This document shows positions 56,497 to 64,000 of a stretch of DNA of 64,000 nt, piece after piece. This DNA comes from Gemmatimonadota bacterium. GTDB lineage: Bacteria > JAAXHH01. Where the stretch lies: positions 456,936-520,935 of the forward strand of contig VXTP01000043.1 in assembly GCA_009837395.1 (NCBI GenBank), given 5' to 3'. How positions within the stretch are numbered: the first letter of the stretch is position 1; each line of letters begins with the position of its first letter. Under the pieces are notes generated by a model. That model ran no database searches and was not told the origin of the DNA. It worked only from the letters and a program-made list of their open reading frames with translations. Both the position numbers and the translations under genes were made by a program.

Positions 56497-57263
56497 GACG
56501 CATCTTCCTCCGCGGCCAGCCTGCGTTCCGCCTTTACCAGGTCTTCGGGCACATCGACGCCAAGGGGGGCGTAGTCGGTTTGCCGCACGGTGATACGGTA
56601 TCCGTTTTCCAGGGCCCGCAACTGTTCCAGCCTTTCGATCCGCTCCAGGGGCGTCGGTTCAAGCCCGGCGAAGGTGAGCAGGAACGACCGCCGGTACCCG
56701 TAGAGACCCACCGTATTGTAGAACCGGTGTTCTCGCAGGAATGCCCGGTCCGGCCGCTCCCCCGGCCAGGGCAACGGTGAGCGGGAAAAGTACAGCGCCA
56801 GACCCCGTCCGTCGATGACCACCTTGCCCATGTGGGGATTGAGCAGGTCCTCCGTCGTGGTGATCCGGTGGGCGAGGGTCGTCATGGGCAGGTCCGGATC
56901 GTCGACCAGGGGCTGCACGACCGTTTCGATGGCTTCGGGCGTGATCAGCGGCTCGTCTCCCTGGATGTTGACGACCACGTCCGTATCCATCTCCTGAACG
57001 GCCGCGGCCAGCCGGTCCGTACCGCTCGGGTGATCCGGCGCGGTCATGATGGGTTCGCCGCCGAACCCGCGGACGGCGTCCGCTATGCGCCGGTCGTCGG
57101 TCACGACATACAGATCGGTGAGACACCGCGCCCGGCGGGACCGCTCATAGGTGTGCTGTATCATCGGTTTGCCCCGCAAGGGCGCGAGCGCCTTGCCGGG
57201 GAAACGCGTCGAAGCGTAGCGGGCCGGTATGAGACCCGTGATTCTCGGGGTATCGGATCCCAT
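56493..57263 (-). CDS. kdsB: 3-deoxy-manno-octulosonate cytidylyltransferase
   Basis: 256 aa. Motifs GLIPARYASTRFPGKAL and NIQGDEPLI. Confidence 0.9.
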   Translation of the reverse strand: MGSDTPRITGLIPARYASTRFPGKALAPLRGKPMIQHTYERSRRARCLTDLYVVTDDRRIADAVRGFGGEPIMTAPDHPSGTDRLAAAVQEMDTDVVVNIQGDEPLITPEAIETVVQPLVDDPDLPMTTLAHRITTTEDLLNPHMGKVVIDGRGLALYFSRSPLPWPGERPDRAFLREHRFYNTVGLYGYRRSFLLTFAGLEPTPLERIERLEQLRALENGYRITVRQTDYAPLGVDVPEDLVKAERRLAAEEDAS

Positions 57264-57270
57264 ATCGTCT

Positions 57271-57555
57271 TCAGATTACCTTGGGCACCGTGAAATGGCC
57301 GCGATCGGACGCCGGAGCGTTCCGCAACGCTTCTTCCTGGCTCAGGGATGTTCCGGCTTCGTCGTCGCGGAAGACGTTCTTCAGCTGCAGCACGTGGGAA
57401 GTCGGACCTACGGCCGTCGTGTCGAGCGTATTGAGCTTCTCCATGTACGCGAGTATGGCGTTCAACTGATCTACCAGTTGTTCCCGTTCTTCTTCCGAGA
57501 ACTTCAGGTGGGCCAGTGCCGCGACATGGTCGACGTCCTTGACGGTTACCGTCAT
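57271..57555 (-). CDS. gatC: Asp-tRNA(Asn)/Glu-tRNA(Gln) amidotransferase subunit C
   Basis: 94 aa. VAALAHLKFSEEE…L.YMEKL pattern typical of GatC. Confidence 0.85.
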   Translation of the reverse strand: MTVTVKDVDHVAALAHLKFSEEEREQLVDQLNAILAYMEKLNTLDTTAVGPTSHVLQLKNVFRDDEAGTSLSQEEALRNAPASDRGHFTVPKVI

Positions 57556-57633
57556 GGTTTGTTGCCCCTTCCCATGCGCCGGATCATCCGGCGCTTGTTC
57601 ATTACATCAATATATCCATATATCGATTTAGCA

Positions 57634-59844
<2,211 letters not shown>

Positions 59845-59937
59845 TCACCGTTCCCAAACGGCCAAGAGAGAAGGACAGTCCACCCGGAATTCAGCCAGCT
59901 TCATCCATCTGGAAATTTCGGTGAGCAGGGCGATACC

Positions 59938-59967
59938 ATAATACACGGCCAAAATCGGTCCTGTCAA
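59938..59967 (-). promoter_or_regulatory. Candidate sigma-70 promoter for uvrD (TTGACA-18-TATTAT)
   Basis: On the minus strand, TTGACA (complement of 59962-59967), an 18-nt spacer, then TATTAT (complement of 59938-59943), about 90 nt upstream of the uvrD ATG. The surrounding 250 bp has lower GC than the coding sequence. Confidence 0.35.
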
Positions 59968-60020
59968 TACAATCATGGCCCGGTCGACGACCGTCGAAGG
60001 GCGTCCGAGCCAAAGTTTCG

Positions 60021-60048
60021 TTGAATATCCAGGGCAGTCGGATATATT
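60021..60048 (+). promoter_or_regulatory. Candidate sigma-70 promoter for the GHMP kinase gene (TTGAAT-16-TATATT)
   Basis: Read directly on the plus strand, about 57 nt upstream of the ATG at 60105. Divergent from the uvrD promoter. Confidence 0.25.
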
Positions 60049-60104
60049 AAGGCGGATCGATTCCAGCCTGTTTGACCGGAGCATGAAACGCGGGATCACT
60101 GGAA

Positions 60105-61562
60105 ATGCTGGATTGCCTGACGGATCGTGGAAACCTGCCCGCCGACGCGGAGGCCTTCGAACACGCCCTGGCCTGCACGCCGGAGAGTCCGTTCGGCCCG
60201 CTGGGGACGCGCTTCGCGGTACGGAAGCCGATCTACGTCGTACGGGCGCCCGCCCGGCTCGACTGTATGGGCGGCATCGCGGACTACAGCGGTTCGCTGG
60301 TCTGCGAGATGACCCTCGACCGTGCCGTTCTGATGGGCCTTCAGGCCCGGGACGACCGGAAGGTGGTCGTGCACAGCGCCGGCGTGGACGAACTGGGCCT
60401 TTCTCCAGACGTTACACTGGCGCTCGACGAACTGGCGCCGGGCTCGCGCGCCGTGGACTACGATACCGTAAAACGGCGTTTCTCCAGCGTGCCGGAATCC
60501 GCCTGGGCGGCCTACGTTGCCGGGGCGTTCAGCGTGCTGCAGGGCGAAGGGCATATGGAACGATTCCCCCACGGCGCCACGATCGTGCTGGCCAGCAACA
60601 TACCGTTCCGGGTAGGCGCGTCCTCGTCGGCCGCGCTGGAAATCGCGGCCATGCATGGACTGAACCTGCTCTACGGGATCAACCTGGACGGAATGACGCT
60701 GGCCGTCCTCTCCCAGAAGGTGGAAAACCACGTGGTCGGTGCGGCCTGCGGCATCATGGACCAGGTCACCTGCGCAATGGGTATCCGGGGCCACGTCCTT
60801 TCCCTGCTTTGCCAGCCCCATACCGTGCGGGAACAGATACCGATCCCGGACGGCGTACATTTTATCGGCATCAACTCTGGCGTCCGCCGTGAGATCAAGG
60901 GCGCGAGGTATACGAACAGCAGAATCGGCGCGTTCATGGGCCTGGCGATCTTACAGGATCATCTGCGGTCCGGCAACGGAGCCGCCGCGAATCTTCGCCT
61001 GGGATACCTGTGTAACCTGTCCACGTCCGAATATGTGGATTCCTGCCGGTCCCTGCTGCCATCTAGCATCTCGGGCCGGACTTTCAAGCGGCGATACGGA
61101 ACCACCCCCGACCCCGTGACGACCGTCGATCCGGAGGTCGTGTACAAGGTGCGCAGCCGCGTGGAACACCCGGTCTACGAACACCGCAGGGTGACCGACT
61201 TCACCGAGTGCATCCGGCTGGCGGGGTCTTCCGAAAAAACGGCACTACTCGAACGGGCGGGCAGGCTGATGTACGCGTCGGACTGGAGTTACACGCACCG
61301 GTGCGGGCTCGGGTCCACCGAAACGGCCTGGATCGTCCGGGAAGTAAGGAAACTGGGGGTGGAAGCCGGATTCTACGGCGCCAGGATTACGGGAGGCGGA
61401 GCAGGCGGGACGGTCGCCGTCGCGGGAAACGATCGCATGTTCGACCACCTCGGTCCTCTGCTGGAACGTTACGGCGAAGCGACGGGGATCGAGGCCGATG
61501 TTTTTATCGGTACTTCGCCTGGCGCACTCGAGTTCGGGCACCGCGTCTATCGGATCGCCTGA
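60105..61562 (+). CDS. GHMP-family sugar kinase (galactokinase-like)
   Basis: 485 aa. Galactokinase-signature-like VRAPARLDCMGGIADYSG. GHMP ATP-binding motif PFRVGASSSAALE. C-terminal GHMP domain (ARITGGGAGGTV). Confidence 0.75.
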   Translation: MLDCLTDRGNLPADAEAFEHALACTPESPFGPLGTRFAVRKPIYVVRAPARLDCMGGIADYSGSLVCEMTLDRAVLMGLQARDDRKVVVHSAGVDELGLSPDVTLALDELAPGSRAVDYDTVKRRFSSVPESAWAAYVAGAFSVLQGEGHMERFPHGATIVLASNIPFRVGASSSAALEIAAMHGLNLLYGINLDGMTLAVLSQKVENHVVGAACGIMDQVTCAMGIRGHVLSLLCQPHTVREQIPIPDGVHFIGINSGVRREIKGARYTNSRIGAFMGLAILQDHLRSGNGAAANLRLGYLCNLSTSEYVDSCRSLLPSSISGRTFKRRYGTTPDPVTTVDPEVVYKVRSRVEHPVYEHRRVTDFTECIRLAGSSEKTALLERAGRLMYASDWSYTHRCGLGSTETAWIVREVRKLGVEAGFYGARITGGGAGGTVAVAGNDRMFDHLGPLLERYGEATGIEADVFIGTSPGALEFGHRVYRIA

Positions 61563-61596
61563 ATACTCACGGCGGGTTTGAAGGAGTTGGACCAGA

Positions 61597-62502
61597 TTGA
61601 AACCAATTCGAAAGGCGGTCATCCCCCTGGCGGGACACGGGTTGCGCATGTTGCCGGCGACCCTCGCCGTGCGCAAGGCGCTCTTCCCCATCGTGGACGC
61701 CCGGGGACGGGTATGCCCCGTTCTTCATCTGATCGTGGAGGAAGCGGTCAACGCGGGCATTGAAGAAATCGGCCTGGTGATCGCGCCGGAGGACGAGGCC
61801 ATGGTCCGCGCCTACTTCTCGCGGATGTCCGGTCCGTTAAAATCCGCGGTCGGGCATCGTGCGGACCTGCTTGCCGCGGCCGAATCCCCCGGTGAACTTT
61901 CGGATAAGGTGACATTGATCTTGCAGGATCGTCCACTGGGGTTCGGCGATGCGGTCCTCCGCGCGAAATCCTGGGTCGGCGGCGACCCGGTCCTGGTCAT
62001 GCTCGGCGACCACCTGTACCTCAGCGGGGAGGACCGGTGCTGCGCGCGTCAGTTGCTGGACGCCTTTGCAGAACTGCAGGCGCCGGTTTCGGGCGTGACC
62101 CGCAAATCCGTCGACGGCATCCACCACTTCGGAACGGTTTCGGGCCGTCCCGTGTCCCGGTGGAACGGTCTCTACGAACTGGACACCGTGGTGGAAAAGC
62201 CCGATCCGGGCCTGGCGCGGGAACGGCTGCGCGTGGAGGGCATGCCGGCGGACACCTACCTCTGCTGGTTCGGCCTGCACGCCATGACGTCCGATATCTT
62301 TGAGTGCCTTGCGCGGATGGAAAGAGACGGCGCCACGGATGGCGGCGAACTGCAGCTGACCGGTGCACAGGCCATGCTGTCGGCTCAACGGGCGTACTTC
62401 GCCCTCGAAGTCAACGGCGATCACTTCGACACGGGTTCGCCGGAAGGGTATGTGGAGGCCGTCGCGGCCTTCGCCGGCCCAACCGGCATTACCAACAAGT
62501 GA
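61597..62502 (+). CDS. UTP-glucose-1-phosphate uridylyltransferase-like sugar-1-phosphate nucleotidyltransferase (TTG start)
   Basis: KAVIPLAGHGLRMLPATLAVRKALFPIVD matches the GalU-type G-x-G-T-R-x-L-P-x-T-K motif. The first codon is TTG, preceded by an AAGGAG Shine-Dalgarno. Confidence 0.7.
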   Translation: MKPIRKAVIPLAGHGLRMLPATLAVRKALFPIVDARGRVCPVLHLIVEEAVNAGIEEIGLVIAPEDEAMVRAYFSRMSGPLKSAVGHRADLLAAAESPGELSDKVTLILQDRPLGFGDAVLRAKSWVGGDPVLVMLGDHLYLSGEDRCCARQLLDAFAELQAPVSGVTRKSVDGIHHFGTVSGRPVSRWNGLYELDTVVEKPDPGLARERLRVEGMPADTYLCWFGLHAMTSDIFECLARMERDGATDGGELQLTGAQAMLSAQRAYFALEVNGDHFDTGSPEGYVEAVAAFAGPTGITNK

Positions 62503-62518
62503 AAGGGAAACAGATACC

Positions 62519-63235
62519 ATGTCTGAACAGCAAGCACCATCGCGGGAAACCCTCGAATCCCTGCTCATTCCGAGTACGGCCACACTGACCTCCGTACTCA
62601 CGGAATACGGCCTGTACAACACGTTCATGCAGGACGTCGCGCCCCTGGCCCCGGACATGCGCATAGCCGGGGCCGCCTTTACCCTCCGGTACATACCCGG
62701 CCGGGAAGACATCACGCACGTGCCCGTGGACAACCTGACGGACATGCAGCGGATCGGTATCGAAAGCATCGGGCAAGGCGAGGTGCTCGTAATCGACGCG
62801 CGGGGCGACACCCGGGCCGGCGTAATGGGCGACATCCTCGCCACTCGGATTCTGCAGCGCGGCGCCGCAGGGGTGGTGAGCGACGGCGCGTTCCGGGATA
62901 CCCCGGCCATCGTCGAATCCGGGCTCGCCGCGTATGCGAAGGCCATGAACGCCCACAACAGCAAAAGCGTGCACTACCCGAGCGATATACAGCGTCCCAT
63001 TGCGTGCGGCGGCGTAGCCGTGTTCCCCGGAGACATCATCGTGGGCGATGCGGAGGGTGTTGTGGTCATCCCGCGCCACCTTGCCGAAGAAGTGCCGGCA
63101 AAGGCCGTGGCGCAGGAGGACCGCGAAGTCTTCATCCTGCAGAAGATCCAGCAGGGAGCGAGCATTATCGGCGTTTACCCGCCCGATGAAAAGACCCTGG
63201 CCGAATACGAGGCCTGGAAGGCGAAAAAGGGCTGA
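62519..63235 (+). CDS. RraA-family protein (RraA / 4-hydroxy-4-methyl-2-oxoglutarate aldolase-like)
   Basis: Start at MSEQQAPS. Conserved GDILATR…GAAGVVSDGAFRD and VVVIP motifs of the RraA/MenG-like swivelling beta/beta/alpha fold. Confidence 0.65.
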   Translation: MSEQQAPSRETLESLLIPSTATLTSVLTEYGLYNTFMQDVAPLAPDMRIAGAAFTLRYIPGREDITHVPVDNLTDMQRIGIESIGQGEVLVIDARGDTRAGVMGDILATRILQRGAAGVVSDGAFRDTPAIVESGLAAYAKAMNAHNSKSVHYPSDIQRPIACGGVAVFPGDIIVGDAEGVVVIPRHLAEEVPAKAVAQEDREVFILQKIQQGASIIGVYPPDEKTLAEYEAWKAKKG

Positions 63236-63239
63236 CCCT

Positions 63240-64000
63240 TCATTCGGTGGCCAGATCCGCCATGCGCTGAAAGGCCACAACCGCCAGCAGTCTCTCCTCG
63301 GCGTGCAGGGTTCTGCTCCGGCCTTCCGATTCCAGGTCCGCCAGGACCCTGTACGCCAGTTCGAGATCGTCAGGACGCGCTGCGGGTCCTTCCGCCGGCG
63401 CCGTATCTTCGGTTGCATGGTCCGGGCGGTCCGGACGGTCCGGGCCAGCTTCCGCAACGACGTCCCGGGCGATCTCCACGAGCCGCTTCAGCACCTCACC
63501 GGTCTGCTGACGCTCGAACGCGACCATGGCGCGGTCGACGGCTTCCGTGAACCGGTTCCTTGCCGCTCTCTCAACATGCGACCAGCCACCCAGCTGCCGG
63601 CGGGCGGATCGGAAAATCCGCACCGTCGCCCGGTCCTGGTCCATCTCGCCGGACTGCAGCAATCGGTACAGCAGATCCGATGCGCCGAGGAGGTGCCCCG
63701 CCGACATGACCAGCACCCCCCGCTCGAGGCTGGTTTCGCTGCTCCGGATGAGGTCCTGAAGCCGTCCCAGGATGCCGGTACTCCCCATCCTGGCCAGCGT
63801 TTCCAGTGCGGACTGGATGATGGCGGGGTCCCGCTCATGCTCGAGCAGGGCTTCCAGCGCGGTTTCCGCGCGCCGGTCTCCGATGCGATCCAGTGCGAGA
63901 ATGGCGCTTCGTCGGATACCCGGGCGTTCGTCGTGCAGCAAGGTCACCAGAATGTTGAGACTGAGCGACGAAGGCACCGCGCCCAGGGCTTCCACGGCTT
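63240..64000 (-). CDS. HEAT/PBS-lyase-type repeat protein (partial; N-terminus beyond the window end)
   Basis: Repeated …R..A..AL..IGD… HEAT-like units (RRSAILALDRIGDRRAETALEALL; IIQSALETLARMGS). The ORF runs to the window edge. Confidence 0.55.
   Translation of the reverse strand, partial: AVEALGAVPSSLSLNILVTLLHDERPGIRRSAILALDRIGDRRAETALEALLEHERDPAIIQSALETLARMGSTGILGRLQDLIRSSETSLERGVLVMSAGHLLGASDLLYRLLQSGEMDQDRATVRIFRSARRQLGGWSHVERAARNRFTEAVDRAMVAFERQQTGEVLKRLVEIARDVVAEAGPDRPDRPDHATEDTAPAEGPAARPDDLELAYRVLADLESEGRSRTLHAEERLLAVVAFQRMADLATE

Noticed and set aside
59845-60099. 84-aa minus-strand ORF ending TGA directly before the uvrD ATG, with a hydrophobic stretch
   Set aside because: The region has markedly lower GC than the surrounding genes. 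It also contains a near-consensus TTGACA-18-TATTAT promoter on the same strand. It is more parsimoniously the uvrD promoter and leader than a coding gene.

Overview
This is a high-GC (about 65%) chromosomal segment from a Gram-negative bacterium. The Gram-negative call rests on the Lpt, Kds and LpxL envelope genes and on rpoN. Coding density is high: I support about 57 CDS. I did not recognise any rRNA, tRNA, CRISPR array, transposase or integrase. Most of the extra ORFs in the six-frame track are antisense or out-of-frame artefacts expected at this GC content.

The gene content, in order along the window:
1. 30-3525: a circularly permuted ATP-grasp / alpha-E / transglutaminase triad, conserved but functionally uncharacterised.
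2. 3694-8249: a metal-transport cluster. A His-rich SO_0444-type permease is translationally coupled (ATGA overlap) to a His-rich ZIP transporter, followed by a CPC-motif P1B-ATPase (CopA-like).
3. 8273-13782: a five-gene minus-strand operon. It encodes a periplasmic binding protein, a HAMP histidine kinase, an RsbW-like anti-sigma kinase, a REC-PP2C phosphatase and a STAS protein. This is a partner-switching cascade fed by an extracytoplasmic sensor.
4. 13925-15940: two divergent PhyH-family Fe/2OG dioxygenases flanking an AT-rich intergenic region. There are four PhyH paralogues in the window.
5. 16031-21978: an Rrf2-sufBCD-DUF59-sufS Fe-S assembly operon.
6. 22266-40957: a sugar-acid-oriented block. 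It contains two cytoplasmic BNR/sialidase-like proteins, a DgoD-like enolase dehydratase, a UxuA-like dehydratase, an HpcH aldolase, an IlvD/EDD dehydratase, a PfkB kinase, a 2-hydroxyacid dehydrogenase, Ppx/GppA-HD, LdcA and GcvT.
7. Inside that block, at 28080-31764: a minus-strand operon of a Tat hitch-hiker subunit, a GMC flavoprotein dehydrogenase and a Tat-signal PLP aminotransferase. I read this as a predicted periplasmic oxidation-transamination module and rate it the most unusual system in the window.
8. 41127-42842: a secreted protein with two lamin-tail domains, a Pro/Glu-rich repeat linker and a FlgD-Ig-like C-terminus.
9. 42981-46878: prs, an orphan TRAP solute-binding protein, and a PhyH dioxygenase translationally coupled to a beta-propeller protein.
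10. 46941-57555: the conserved envelope/regulatory locus ptsI-ptsH-hprK-hpf-rpoN-lptB-lptA-like-lptC-lpxL-kdsA-kdsB-gatC. The LptA-like gene is unusually long and carries a (DQT)n repeat.
11. 57634-64000: uvrD/pcrA, a GHMP kinase followed by a GalU-like nucleotidyltransferase, an RraA-like protein and a partial HEAT-repeat protein.

At least six genes carry in-frame 15-18 bp tandem DNA repeats that encode low-complexity linkers.
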